Made by a program: the position numbers and the translations under genes
DNA from: Flavobacteriales bacterium
Lineage (GTDB): Bacteria; Bacteroidota; Bacteroidia; Flavobacteriales_D; Crocinitomicaceae
NCBI GenBank assembly: GCA_947447525.1
Contig: CANFJL010000007.1
Location: 99,076-163,075 of the forward strand
Length of the DNA: 64,000 bases
Direction of reading: 5' to 3'
The notes under the pieces: model-generated
The model's database searches: none
Told to the model about the DNA's origin: nothing
What the model saw: the letters and a program-made list of their open reading frames with translations, nothing else
Part shown: piece after piece, positions 18,926 through 29,272 of the stretch
Layout: each line of letters begins with the position of its first letter
Position numbering within the stretch: the stretch's first letter is position 1

Positions 18926-20236
18926 ATGGCTGAAATAGAAATCAGACTTCCCAAAATGGGTGAGAGCGTTACAGAGGCAACAATTACAAATTGGCTAAAA
19001 CAACCAGGTGACCAAGTTGCTATGGATGAGCCATTGGTAGAGGTTGCTACAGATAAAGTGGACAATGAATTACCATCTGAAGCAGCTGGAACGCTTATAA
19101 AATGTTTATTTGAAAAAGATCAGGTAGCGCAAGTTGGAGATGTAATTGCCATTATATCAACAGACTCGAATGCGGTAGCAGCAGCAACAAGTGCTCCTGT
19201 TATTGCTGAAACACCAGTTGCAGCAGCTTTAGAAACAAAAAGAATCGAGGAGACCATCGCTCCAACTGAAAATCAAGAAAATTTCAATTCAGGAGATCGC
19301 TTCTATTCACCATTGGTTAAAAGTATTGCTCAGAAAGAAGGACTGAGTAGTTCGGAATTGAATAGCATTTCTGGTACAGGCTTAGAAGGTAGAGTAACTA
19401 AAAAAGATTTGATTTCTTATTTAGAAAATAGAGGTTCAGCTCCTAAAGTACAAGTTGCTGTTGCGGCAAGTGCGCCGTCAATCCCAGCTCCATCAGCACC
19501 TATACCTCCAATGGTTTTTACAAGTGGAACAGATGAAATCATTGAAATGGATCGTATGCGCAAGCTGATCTCTGATCATATGGTAATGTCAAAGCACACT
19601 TCGCCACATGTTACTTCTTTCGTGGAAGCAGATGTAACTAATATCGTAAATTGGAGAAATAAAGTTAAAAAGAAGTTTTTTGAGAGAGAAGGGGAAAATA
19701 TTACCTTCACCCCCATTTTTATTCAAGCAATTGCGCAAGCCATTAAAGATTTTCCAATGATTAATGTTTCTGTATCAGGAACGACGATTATCAAAAAGAA
19801 AGATATAAATATTGGAATGGCCACAGCACTACCTTCTGGTAACCTTATCGTTCCTGTAATTAAAAATGCAGATCAATTAAATTTGATTGGTTTGACTAAA
19901 GCAGTGAATCAGCTGGCAAATAATGCAAGAAACAATAAACTAAAACCGGAAGATGTTCAAGGTGGAACTTACACCATGACCAATGTTGGTTCCTTTGGAA
20001 ATGTAATGGGAACTCCAATTATCAATCAACCCCAAGTGGCGATTATGGCTGTTGGAGCAATAAGAAAAATGCCTGCAGTAATTGAAACACCTGAAGGAGA
20101 TTTTATTGGAATTCGTCATAAAATGTTTTTATCGCACTCTTATGATCACAGGGTTGTAGATGGAGCTCTTGGTGGACAGTTTGTCCGCAGGGTTGCTGAT
20201 TATCTAGAACAATTTGACATAGAACAAAATTTTTAA
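18926..20236 (+). CDS. 2-oxoacid dehydrogenase E2 component (dihydrolipoyllysine-residue acyltransferase)
   Basis: N-terminal lipoyl domain (LVEVATDKV), Ala/Pro linker, E3-binding segment and catalytic SYDHRVVDG motif. Confidence 0.9.
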   Translation: MAEIEIRLPKMGESVTEATITNWLKQPGDQVAMDEPLVEVATDKVDNELPSEAAGTLIKCLFEKDQVAQVGDVIAIISTDSNAVAAATSAPVIAETPVAAALETKRIEETIAPTENQENFNSGDRFYSPLVKSIAQKEGLSSSELNSISGTGLEGRVTKKDLISYLENRGSAPKVQVAVAASAPSIPAPSAPIPPMVFTSGTDEIIEMDRMRKLISDHMVMSKHTSPHVTSFVEADVTNIVNWRNKVKKKFFEREGENITFTPIFIQAIAQAIKDFPMINVSVSGTTIIKKKDINIGMATALPSGNLIVPVIKNADQLNLIGLTKAVNQLANNARNNKLKPEDVQGGTYTMTNVGSFGNVMGTPIINQPQVAIMAVGAIRKMPAVIETPEGDFIGIRHKMFLSHSYDHRVVDGALGGQFVRRVADYLEQFDIEQNF

Positions 20237-20260
20237 TTTATCATTAAAAAAATAGAAGTT

Positions 20261-22567
20261 ATGAATAAAATTTTGACAATAACATTTGGACTATTCATTT
20301 CTTTAATCGGATACAGCCAACAAACTGAAGTAGAAATTAAAAATGTAATCAACAAGTCATCTGAACAGGAATTGATAGGTGAGAACTCTAGATTATTGCA
20401 AGAAAACTTCTTTCATTTTGCTGATTTAGTTGCAGATAAGTTAATCAGTTATGATAAAGATAATGCGAACTACAATTATAGGAAAGGGTTTATCTTATTG
20501 GCAATGAATCAGAACCACGAATTGGCGATGAATCATTTATTAAAAGCAATCAAAAAAACTCAAGTCAATTACGATATTTATTCCGTTACTGAAAAAGCAG
20601 CCTCCATTGATGCTTACTTTTATTTAGCAGCAACTTATCAAATTGATGGACAATATGATAAAGCCATTTCGAATTATAAAATATTTCTTGAAAAGGCAGT
20701 AAAAAAATCTGAATTGAATGTCAACGCCCAAAACTGCATAGCACAATGTGAAGTAGCCAAAAAAGCAGTCGCATCTTCTCAAGGAAAAGCACCAACGAAT
20801 CTTGGTAAAAGTTGGAACACTAATCAAAATGAATGGAATGCTCAAATTTCTTTAGACGGAAAAGTCGTTTATTTTTCTAGTCAATGGCCATGGGCGGATA
20901 AGGCAGCTGATGCTTCCAAAGATGTTATGTTCAATACTTATCCAGATGATGTATATCAAATGTTTGTCGAAAAATCTGGAGCTTGGAGTAAGCCAAGTAT
21001 CATGTCTTTTTCAAATCCTAAAGTTGGTGAACGATTGAGCTATATCACACAAGACGAAAGAAATGTTTTTGTATACAACAATAGCGGAAATTTCTTATTT
21101 AATACCACTTTTCAAAATGGCGTTTACGGTCCATTAACACCGATTAAGGAAGTTAAAACCGCAAGTGAAAATAGCACTTACATTCATTGGAATACCCATT
21201 ACACGCTCTCACCTGATGGAAATACCATTTATTTTGTTTCGAATGCTGAGGGTGGTAAAGGGAAAAGAGATCTTTACATGGCTGAAAAATTAAACGGCGT
21301 TTGGGGTGCTGCTCAAAACATGGGAGGCATGATTAATTCAACGTTTGATGAAGAAACACCTTTCATGGGATTAGACAATAATATACTTTATTTCGCTAAT
21401 AATGGTCCCGAAAGTATGGGAGGATTCGATATTTTCATGGTGCAAAGAGATGAAAATGGAATGTGGTCGAAACCCGTTAACATTGGTTTTCCTTTTAATT
21501 CTCCAGCTGATGACCTTTTCTTTACTTTAACTGCTAATGGTAAGCAAGGAATGGTGTCCTCTAACCGCAAAGGTGGAGAAGGAATGTTTGATATATACGG
21601 TATTGAAATGTCCGCTTCGAGTAACAATGCATTTTTAAATGGTCAAATAATCAACCCTAAAGGAAAGGCAATTCCTGAAGGATCTTATATTATTTTAAAA
21701 TGTTTAGACTGCAATAATTCTTCAGAAGTTATTCTTTCGCCAAGAATGAGAGATGGTGTTTTTGTAAGTAAACTTGAAAAATGTAAGACTTATGAGTTGT
21801 CCTACTATTATGGTCCTGAAAGCCGAAAGCATTATTCAACTAAATTTAAAACCAATTGCGAAACAAGCTATGAGGAGATAGTTCAGAAGGTCTTAATAGA
21901 TGACGACAATAAAGTAATTATTCCTTTCCCTAAATATACCGTTCAAGGTTCGGTCCGTGATCAGAAATCAGGTTTAGGCATTGCAAATGCAAGTGTAAGT
22001 ATTAATATTAATGGGAAAACTGATGTAGTGAATACCGATAACAATGGGAACTATATTTCCAATCTTATTAAAAATCTTAATTACGAGACTGAGGTTAATG
22101 GTCAATCAGAAGCAAGTGCTAAAAACTACCTTAGCAATTCTAATATATTACAAACGGTTTTAGCTTACGATTCCATTGTGAAAATGGATATTAATTTAAC
22201 CCCTGTTATCAATAATAATATAGGGACGTATTATGTTCATTATGAATTAAATAAGCATAATTTAACTGAAACTTCGAAAATGGAATTAAATGAAGTGATA
22301 GCAGCACTTAATGCTAATCCTAAATTAAAAGTTGAAATTAGATCCCACACAGATTCAAGAGGAACCGCTATTTACAATCAAAGGCTATCTGATTTAAGAG
22401 CAAAAACAGCCAAGTTATACATTCAATCGAAAATCACAAATTCACATCGTATTAGTTCTAAAGGATACGGAGAATCTGAATTGCTTAATTCTTGTGCTGA
22501 TGATGTTCCATGTTCTGAAGACGAGCATTTAGAGAATAGAAGAACGGAATTTATTATAATTAAATAA
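20261..22567 (+). CDS. OmpA family protein with TPR, TolB-like beta-propeller and C-terminal OmpA domain
   Basis: Signal peptide, TPR-like N-terminus, repeated PD40-like segments (SPDGNTIYFVS, LYFANN) and a C-terminal OmpA_C region (HTDSRGTAIYNQRLSDLRA...NRRTEF). Confidence 0.85.
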   Translation: MNKILTITFGLFISLIGYSQQTEVEIKNVINKSSEQELIGENSRLLQENFFHFADLVADKLISYDKDNANYNYRKGFILLAMNQNHELAMNHLLKAIKKTQVNYDIYSVTEKAASIDAYFYLAATYQIDGQYDKAISNYKIFLEKAVKKSELNVNAQNCIAQCEVAKKAVASSQGKAPTNLGKSWNTNQNEWNAQISLDGKVVYFSSQWPWADKAADASKDVMFNTYPDDVYQMFVEKSGAWSKPSIMSFSNPKVGERLSYITQDERNVFVYNNSGNFLFNTTFQNGVYGPLTPIKEVKTASENSTYIHWNTHYTLSPDGNTIYFVSNAEGGKGKRDLYMAEKLNGVWGAAQNMGGMINSTFDEETPFMGLDNNILYFANNGPESMGGFDIFMVQRDENGMWSKPVNIGFPFNSPADDLFFTLTANGKQGMVSSNRKGGEGMFDIYGIEMSASSNNAFLNGQIINPKGKAIPEGSYIILKCLDCNNSSEVILSPRMRDGVFVSKLEKCKTYELSYYYGPESRKHYSTKFKTNCETSYEEIVQKVLIDDDNKVIIPFPKYTVQGSVRDQKSGLGIANASVSININGKTDVVNTDNNGNYISNLIKNLNYETEVNGQSEASAKNYLSNSNILQTVLAYDSIVKMDINLTPVINNNIGTYYVHYELNKHNLTETSKMELNEVIAALNANPKLKVEIRSHTDSRGTAIYNQRLSDLRAKTAKLYIQSKITNSHRISSKGYGESELLNSCADDVPCSEDEHLENRRTEFIIIK

Positions 22568-22586
22568 TTAATCTCACATTTAACAC

Positions 22587-22613
22587 AGCCCAATTTCTTT
22601 GGGCTTTTTTTTT
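22587..22613 (+). terminator. rho-independent terminator
   Basis: AGCCCAA-TTTCT-TTGGGCT hairpin followed by a run of about 9 T. Confidence 0.7.
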
Positions 22614-22622
22614 ATACTATAA

Positions 22623-23465
22623 ATGAAAATTAATCTCAAGAAACCACTGTGTGTATTTGATTTAGAAACCACAGGAACCAACATCACAAAAGATCGTATT
22701 GTTCAAATTGCTATCGTTAAAATCATGGAAGATGGAAGCGAAATAGAATACAATGAATTGGTGAACCCTGAAGTTACTATTTCTGACGAAATTGCTGAAA
22801 TCCATGGGATTACAAATGAGATGGTTAAAAATGCTCCAACCATAAAAACATTAGGGCCAGCCATTTTAGCTTTTATCGGAGATGCAGATCTTGCGGGATA
22901 CAATTCAAATAAATTTGATATTCCCGTTTTAGTGGAGGAATTGTTAAGAGTTGGTATTGCTGTTGACTTTTCAGATAAATCATTTGTCGATATCCAGAAT
23001 ATATTTCACAAAATGGAACAACGTACTCTTGCTGCAGCGTACCAATTTTATTGTGGAAAAACTATGGACAATGCGCATAACGCCTTATATGATACGCAAG
23101 TAACATGGGAAGTGCTAAAAGCGCAACTGGAGCGTTATCCAGAATTGGATAGTGAAATTAATGCCCTTGCGAGCTTCTCAAGACAAAGCAATTATGCCAT
23201 GGTCGATTTTGCTGGAAGACTTGCGCACAACGATAAAGGAGAAGTGGTTTATAATTTTGGAAAACATAAGGGTAAAACCATTGCAGCAGTAATGCAAAAT
23301 GAACCAGGTTATTATGGTTGGATGTTAGAAGCAGATTTCCCACATCAAACAAAACTATGTCTTCGCAAGGAGATGGAAGAAATCAAACGAAAAAAGGAAG
23401 CCAATAAAGAAGGTGAAATTCAAGATAAACTAAGTGGATTATTAGATAAATTTAATAAGAAATGA
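22623..23465 (+). CDS. DEDDh 3'-5' exonuclease (DnaQ/ExoX-like) with C-terminal extension
   Basis: Exo I CVFDLETTG, Exo II GYNSNKFD and Exo III HNALYD motifs. The C-terminal FGKHKGKT...YYGWML segment resembles ExoX-like C-domains. Confidence 0.85.
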   Translation: MKINLKKPLCVFDLETTGTNITKDRIVQIAIVKIMEDGSEIEYNELVNPEVTISDEIAEIHGITNEMVKNAPTIKTLGPAILAFIGDADLAGYNSNKFDIPVLVEELLRVGIAVDFSDKSFVDIQNIFHKMEQRTLAAAYQFYCGKTMDNAHNALYDTQVTWEVLKAQLERYPELDSEINALASFSRQSNYAMVDFAGRLAHNDKGEVVYNFGKHKGKTIAAVMQNEPGYYGWMLEADFPHQTKLCLRKEMEEIKRKKEANKEGEIQDKLSGLLDKFNKK

Positions 23466-24067
23466 AAATAATTTGTATTGGCAGAAATTACAGTGAACAC
23501 GCTAAAGAAATGGGTTCTGCAACTCCAAGTGAACCCGTTTTTTTCATGAAACCTGATACTGCATTGTTACGAGAAAAATATTTTTTTTACCCCTCCTTTA
23601 CAAAAGATTTACATTATGAATGTGAATTGGTGGTGAAAATTTCAAAACCAGGAAAGAGTATTGCAGTTCAATTTGCTAAAAACTACTACAAAGAAGTGTC
23701 GATTGGATTAGATTTTACAGCACGAGACCTACAACAAGCTTGCAAAGAAGCAGGATTGCCATGGGAAAAAGCAAAATCATTTGACAATAGTGCCGCGGTA
23801 TCCAATACTTGGATTTCTGTTGAAGAAAACAACATGCCTAGTAAGTTTGAGTTTTATCAAAATGGGACTTTAAAACAAAAAGGAGATCTTTCAGAGATGA
23901 TTTTCAGTATCGATCAAATAATCGCTTATGTTTCCCAATTCATCACACTAAAGACAGGCGATTTAATTTTCACAGGAACACCAGCGGGTGTTGGTCCAGT
24001 AGCCATTGGCGATCAACTAGAAGGATTTCTGGAAGGACAAAAGATGTTTAATATTGAAGTAAAATAA
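23462..24067 (+). CDS. fumarylacetoacetate hydrolase family protein
   Basis: KIICIGRNY..H..E, ECELVV and GDLIFTGTPAGVG motifs. The start overlaps the upstream stop (ATGA). Confidence 0.85.
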   Translation: MKIICIGRNYSEHAKEMGSATPSEPVFFMKPDTALLREKYFFYPSFTKDLHYECELVVKISKPGKSIAVQFAKNYYKEVSIGLDFTARDLQQACKEAGLPWEKAKSFDNSAAVSNTWISVEENNMPSKFEFYQNGTLKQKGDLSEMIFSIDQIIAYVSQFITLKTGDLIFTGTPAGVGPVAIGDQLEGFLEGQKMFNIEVK

Positions 24068-24073
24068 AGTTCT

Positions 24074-26302
24074 TTATTGCTTTATAAATCGAATTACCTT
24101 TTGATTACTTACTTTGATCAAGTACACTCCATTGTTCCAATTACTTACATCAATTATTGTTTCTAATTCAAGATTAGAAAATTGAATCATAGTTCGACCC
24201 ATAGCATCAAATATAGAGTAGTTCATATTTAATGTTTTGCTATTGATTTGTAATTTATCATGGGTAGGATTTGGATAAATCACACAATCATTTGATGGAA
24301 TTTCATTAATACTAAGGCTACTATTTGGATCATTTTCTAGATGAAACACCCCACCTAAATCTTGACCAATAAATAAATCTAATTGTCCATCATGATCAAT
24401 ATCATTGATAAATGGTGCACTATAAGCGCCTACATTAATTCCTAAAAATCCATTGGATCTCAGATTAAAGTTAGCATTCAAATTCCCATCAATGCCATCA
24501 TACAAGAGCAATGTCCCGTCATAATTGCCAATAATTAAATAGGTAGTGTCGAGGTGACTGAAAAAATGAGGGCTTGGAAAACCATCAGGATTGGTAGTAG
24601 AGACATCAATTTCCCCCAAAAAGGAAGAGGTCAATGTAAATTGAGGAAGCGTTGCAGTTCCACTATTCTTATAATAAATTATCGTTCCCGTTTTTTCTCC
24701 TATGATTAAATCTAACAATCCATCTTGGTCTAAATCGAATAATTGAGGACTTGCAAATTGACCCACTTGAATTGCAATCCCATTATTATCTTGCAAATTT
24801 GAACTCGGTACAGAAAAATTAGGGGAGCTACCAATGGTTGTATTTACATATAGCGCTAGTTGTCCATCTTCTTTTCCAAGGAGCATATCCAATTTACCAT
24901 CACCATTAAGGTCACCAAAAGTAGGTGCAATATGCAAGCCCAGATTAGCTTGAGATAAATTCATTAAATCTGCATCAATAAAAGTAAAGACAGGTTGTGT
25001 TAAAGTTCCCGTATTCTTATAATACGCTAAGCGACTTTCTTTATTTAATATGGGTTTATAGGCAAAATAATTGGCGACAATTAAATCCTCCAATCCATCA
25101 CCTGTTATGTCTGCTAGCACTGGGATAGAACCCAAACCATGTTCAATCATTTCACTTTGCAAGAAAGCATTTCCTTGGTAGATGAAATTACTATTTGAAT
25201 TGCTTGCTGAATTATGATAGAATAAAATACTTTTTTCATTTTCTGACACTCCTTTGGCATTAGGAGCTACGAGTAGATCTTTAATTCCATCAAAATCAAC
25301 ATCTAAACGATACGCTGCCGGAAAGACCTGCATAATTGCTGAGACACTATTTGAGGGAAAGGCTGGATCAACGCTGATCATTAATGAATTGGTATTGGGA
25401 GCTGTTCCTCCATTTATCAATAAATTGAGATTGGTATAAGCAACATCACCAACAATCAAATCTTGTACACCAGAACCATCAATATCAAGGGCCAATAAAG
25501 TAGATCCGGCATGAGCTTTTTCAAGTTCATTTGGATTGTCATGAGGAGGCAACATTGGATTGGGTACATTCCCGGAAGTACATGGAGCATTTTGATCATT
25601 CAGAAACAAACTATTAGAAGTGACATCCTCTTTAAATCCTCCCCAACATTCATTTTTCAATTTAAAAATTAGAGAATCTGAATTGCCATACATGTCTTGG
25701 CTTTGATTTTGATGATATTGCACATGTTCACCACCAATATGGTAGGTCAAAACATCAATATCTCCATCCAAATCTACATCTACTAGTGCAGGAATATCGC
25801 TTGAACTAACATATAGTCCTAATTGCATACCATTATAATCAGAATACAAAAGTTCCTTTACCAGAAGCCATTGTAATCCTTGAGAAAAGCTCCCAGTATT
25901 TTTAAATACTTTCATTCCTCCAATACCATATGTGAAAAGATCATTTTTTCCATCACCATTATAATCCACCAAGGAAGCTCGATAACGCAGATCTGAAGGA
26001 AATAAAGATGCTGCAAGGGGATCAAAAGTATAGAAGTGACTTGAGCCAACTTGATCATGACGAAAAACACGTATTTGATTATTACTCCGATCAAAAATGA
26101 ATACATCTAAATCACCATCAAAATCATAATCTATATCTGAGGGTTGTGCATAGTTAATTCCCCCAGCCCAAGCCAAATCTAATTTACTTCCTAATTTAAA
26201 TACAGGAATTGAATCTTCGTAATTAAATTGAAATTGAGCAGAGATGGAGACCCATTTGCAACAGACACAAAACAAAAGAATGAAAAAACGCTTTAAAGAC
26301 AT
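24074..26302 (-). CDS. FG-GAP/VCBS repeat protein with T9SS C-terminal sorting domain
   Basis: Many D.DGDGD.D-type calcium-binding FG-GAP repeats (DFDGDLDVF, DLDGDIDV, DLNGDGKLD, DIDHDGQLD) and a C-terminal CTD (VIYPNPT...GVYLIKV...). Confidence 0.8.
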   Translation of the reverse strand: MSLKRFFILLFCVCCKWVSISAQFQFNYEDSIPVFKLGSKLDLAWAGGINYAQPSDIDYDFDGDLDVFIFDRSNNQIRVFRHDQVGSSHFYTFDPLAASLFPSDLRYRASLVDYNGDGKNDLFTYGIGGMKVFKNTGSFSQGLQWLLVKELLYSDYNGMQLGLYVSSSDIPALVDVDLDGDIDVLTYHIGGEHVQYHQNQSQDMYGNSDSLIFKLKNECWGGFKEDVTSNSLFLNDQNAPCTSGNVPNPMLPPHDNPNELEKAHAGSTLLALDIDGSGVQDLIVGDVAYTNLNLLINGGTAPNTNSLMISVDPAFPSNSVSAIMQVFPAAYRLDVDFDGIKDLLVAPNAKGVSENEKSILFYHNSASNSNSNFIYQGNAFLQSEMIEHGLGSIPVLADITGDGLEDLIVANYFAYKPILNKESRLAYYKNTGTLTQPVFTFIDADLMNLSQANLGLHIAPTFGDLNGDGKLDMLLGKEDGQLALYVNTTIGSSPNFSVPSSNLQDNNGIAIQVGQFASPQLFDLDQDGLLDLIIGEKTGTIIYYKNSGTATLPQFTLTSSFLGEIDVSTTNPDGFPSPHFFSHLDTTYLIIGNYDGTLLLYDGIDGNLNANFNLRSNGFLGINVGAYSAPFINDIDHDGQLDLFIGQDLGGVFHLENDPNSSLSINEIPSNDCVIYPNPTHDKLQINSKTLNMNYSIFDAMGRTMIQFSNLELETIIDVSNWNNGVYLIKVSNQKVIRFIKQ

Positions 26303-26312
26303 CAGATTTCTA

Positions 26313-27710
26313 TTAATGATTCACTTCTTGATGCAAAGGATTTAAGAGATCCATTACTGATTTCACTGGACTAAAAGTATTACTTGGTATTTCAACAAAA
26401 ATGGAGTTCCAATAATACATGGACCCATTCCATAATCCCGGAAGTTCCAAGTAATTTATTTGATTGCCTAAATAAGTCTTTTTAACTTTAAAAGAACTTT
26501 TAGCATCAATCGATTGACTCAAATCTATTTCATTTCCTTGTAAATCTTTAGTGCAGAGTACCATCATCACAGGATTAAAATGAGTACTCGAAAATAAATG
26601 CTTTGTTTGATCTTCGTTAACAATTTGAGACTTCTCAATAATTTGTTTCGTTACTATTCCATCGCGATTAATCATAAAGGGACCACCACCAGCCAATCCT
26701 TCATTTTTTACCATTCCACAAATTCGCAATGGACGGTTAATGATCGAAATCAAGTTTACTTCATCTTTTATTGAAGATATTTCTGAATGGGTATAGAGTT
26801 GAAATTCTTCGTTCAATTTTATCAATTCAGGAATAGATTTCGAAATTTGAATCAACTGTAATCGTTCCCTAATTTCAATAAGCAAACCCGCCAAGGCACT
26901 CCACACCTGATTAGAAGAGGAAGCATGAGAAAGGTGTTGCACATTATCAATATTTTTTACAAATATTAAATCCGCTTGAATAGATTGAAGATTTGGCAAA
27001 AGTGCTCCATGACCAGCAGGCCTTCTGAGATAGTTTCCATCTAAATCCTTCAACGCTTCTTGCTGCTCATTAAAAACATAGGCGTCAGCAGCATTAGATT
27101 GATAAGAATAGGCTACTTCATAATTTTTTTGATCATTTTGTTCCGCATTAGCAATGACCTTTTTTATTAAATCCTCATATTTCTCCTGAATGGTAAAATG
27201 GAAAGTTGCTTTTGAAGCGTTAAGAAAAGAAGCTTGAAAAATATGTTCTTCAATAGGATTTTTCACACCCGAAGCATAAGAATGGAATGGAAAAACGCCT
27301 TTAGGTAATTGCGCATAATCTTGTCCTTCTGAAGCCATTAAGAAGTTAAGAAAATCCATCCAATTCATTTCGAAATTCAAGATATTATTCTTGATCTCAA
27401 GGGGTAAAAGTTCAAAAAATGCGAACTTAGAAATATGACTAAAAAACCGCTCTACTGAGGCTCGATTTTCGTCATTTGGATTTTGCAGAAATTCATGGAT
27501 GAACTCAAACATTCGCGAACCTGAACCAGAAGCAGGGATAAACACACAAACTTCTTTTTGAGCAGCCTTAAATTTAGATTCATAAAAATGAAGGTGAGTA
27601 TCTAACAAATTTAAAATCCCCTCCCCGACTCTACATGGGCCTTCAATTAATAAAGAAGGACTGACATCAAAAAGATTTTTTCGCTCTTGAGCGATGATTT
27701 CAGAGATCAT
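26313..27710 (-). CDS. DUF4301-like protein (possible UDP-sugar-pyrophosphorylase-like nucleotidyltransferase)
   Basis: About 465 aa from MISEII. Motifs IPASGSGSRMF, RPAGHGALL and VKNIDNV resemble UDPGP-family loops. The DUF4301 assignment is from memory. Confidence 0.55.
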   Translation of the reverse strand: MISEIIAQERKNLFDVSPSLLIEGPCRVGEGILNLLDTHLHFYESKFKAAQKEVCVFIPASGSGSRMFEFIHEFLQNPNDENRASVERFFSHISKFAFFELLPLEIKNNILNFEMNWMDFLNFLMASEGQDYAQLPKGVFPFHSYASGVKNPIEEHIFQASFLNASKATFHFTIQEKYEDLIKKVIANAEQNDQKNYEVAYSYQSNAADAYVFNEQQEALKDLDGNYLRRPAGHGALLPNLQSIQADLIFVKNIDNVQHLSHASSSNQVWSALAGLLIEIRERLQLIQISKSIPELIKLNEEFQLYTHSEISSIKDEVNLISIINRPLRICGMVKNEGLAGGGPFMINRDGIVTKQIIEKSQIVNEDQTKHLFSSTHFNPVMMVLCTKDLQGNEIDLSQSIDAKSSFKVKKTYLGNQINYLELPGLWNGSMYYWNSIFVEIPSNTFSPVKSVMDLLNPLHQEVNH

Positions 27711-27746
27711 GGTCGTAATGTAAAATCGATTCGTTTTCTTTGCATA

Positions 27747-28517
27747 ATGAATATCGTCTTCGAATTTATAAAATATCAACTTATTGCCAAAGGAAGACAT
27801 GGAATACATTCCCCATTTGTATATAAATTAGTCGATGAAATACTTAATCAAAAAATTCCAAACAGTGTAAAGCTACAACAAAATGCACTATTCAGAAATT
27901 TAAAGAAATCCAAAACAAAAATAAATTTTCAGGAATTTGGTGCGGGTTCCAAAAAAATGGATCGGCAAAGAATTGTAAGTGATGTGTTTAGACAAAGTGC
28001 AACGAGAGGAAAATATGCGAAATTAATTTACCTGCTTTCCAAAAACTTTGAGCACAAAGAAATACTAGAATTAGGCACTTCATTAGGCGTTGGAACGCTT
28101 CATTTGCATTGGGGAAATCCTTCTGCAAAAATCACCACGCTCGAAGCATGTCCGAACACCTTCGCTTTTGCAAGAAAAAACCTTCAATCCCAATGCTATC
28201 CAAATGGGCCAATTAATATAGAAAACACCTTATTCAAAGAATTTATTGAAACATCCAAAACCAATTATGACCTCATATTTATTGATGGACATCATAATGG
28301 GACAGCGCTATTAGAATACATGGAAGCACTTGATAAAAATTCAAATGAACAGACGATTTTTATTGTGGATGATATCAGATGGAGTAAGGATATGTTAATG
28401 GCTTGGAATCAATTGATTCAGAATGAAAAGTATCAATTAAGCATAGATTTTTTCAAAATGGGAATCTTAATGAAAAGACCCACTCAAATGAAAGAACATT
28501 TTACATTAAAACTTTAA
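27747..28517 (+). CDS. class I SAM-dependent (O-)methyltransferase
   Basis: ILELGTSLGVGT SAM loop and IFIDGHH acidic motif. The ATG at 27747 is preferred because the extended start overlaps the divergent gene. Confidence 0.7.
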   Translation: MNIVFEFIKYQLIAKGRHGIHSPFVYKLVDEILNQKIPNSVKLQQNALFRNLKKSKTKINFQEFGAGSKKMDRQRIVSDVFRQSATRGKYAKLIYLLSKNFEHKEILELGTSLGVGTLHLHWGNPSAKITTLEACPNTFAFARKNLQSQCYPNGPINIENTLFKEFIETSKTNYDLIFIDGHHNGTALLEYMEALDKNSNEQTIFIVDDIRWSKDMLMAWNQLIQNEKYQLSIDFFKMGILMKRPTQMKEHFTLKL

Positions 28518-29272
28518 TAAGTAGCAAATAGTACTGCTAACATATCAGGTAAAGTAGCCTTTAACTGCTCAGACTGAGGTGAAAATTTATCTGCATCATC
28601 TTGCATCGTAGTCCATTCAAAAGTTTGCGAAAGGTCTTTCGATGAACTCAATTGAATGTCTAATGTTCTAAAACCCGACAAAACTTCACTTACTGATACG
28701 AGCATTACTGATTTATTATCGTCTAATGTATTTGGTAAAGCCTCAAAGTCAGTAGAGACAAGATCATCAGGATTTTGAAATTTAACTTTTACATCATTTT
28801 CCTTATTTAAATTCTTGACTGAAGCCATAGGGACAAGGTTCGATTTCAGTTCAACAGTTTTCTTAGGTTCTTTGTTTTGCTTCACTTTTCTTGATTCATT
28901 TTTTGCAAGCGTTGTGTTATTTATAGAATCTGAAAGGGCGTTTTTTATCACAACAGTCATGACAGCAACAACAAGTACGGCGGCAATGGCACGAAAATAC
29001 CCTTGCTTATAAAATGGGATTTGACGCATTGGAGCTGGGGCTGCAATAGTATTTTGAGGATATGTTTGGGCAAACAAATCGTCTAGATTTTGCTTTACAG
29101 ATGCAGCAGGCAGTTCCATTGCATTATTTTGACTTTCAATATGATTAAAAGTTTCTTTTAACAAAAGAAAAGTAGCTTCATCAGAACAAAAAGAAGCAAT
29201 TTGCTCCAATTCTTGAGCATTAAGATCCTTAATTGAATTTTTCTTAAAAATCGTTTCCATATTATATCTCAA
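28514..29272 (-). CDS. putative anti-sigma factor (single-pass membrane protein)
   Basis: Immediately downstream of, and overlapping, the ECF sigma gene. One TM helix (FRAIAAVLVVAVMTVVI). No other recognisable domain. The start could be M5 at 29260. Confidence 0.5.
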   Translation of the reverse strand: MRYNMETIFKKNSIKDLNAQELEQIASFCSDEATFLLLKETFNHIESQNNAMELPAASVKQNLDDLFAQTYPQNTIAAPAPMRQIPFYKQGYFRAIAAVLVVAVMTVVIKNALSDSINNTTLAKNESRKVKQNKEPKKTVELKSNLVPMASVKNLNKENDVKVKFQNPDDLVSTDFEALPNTLDDNKSVMLVSVSEVLSGFRTLDIQLSSSKDLSQTFEWTTMQDDADKFSPQSEQLKATLPDMLAVLFATY

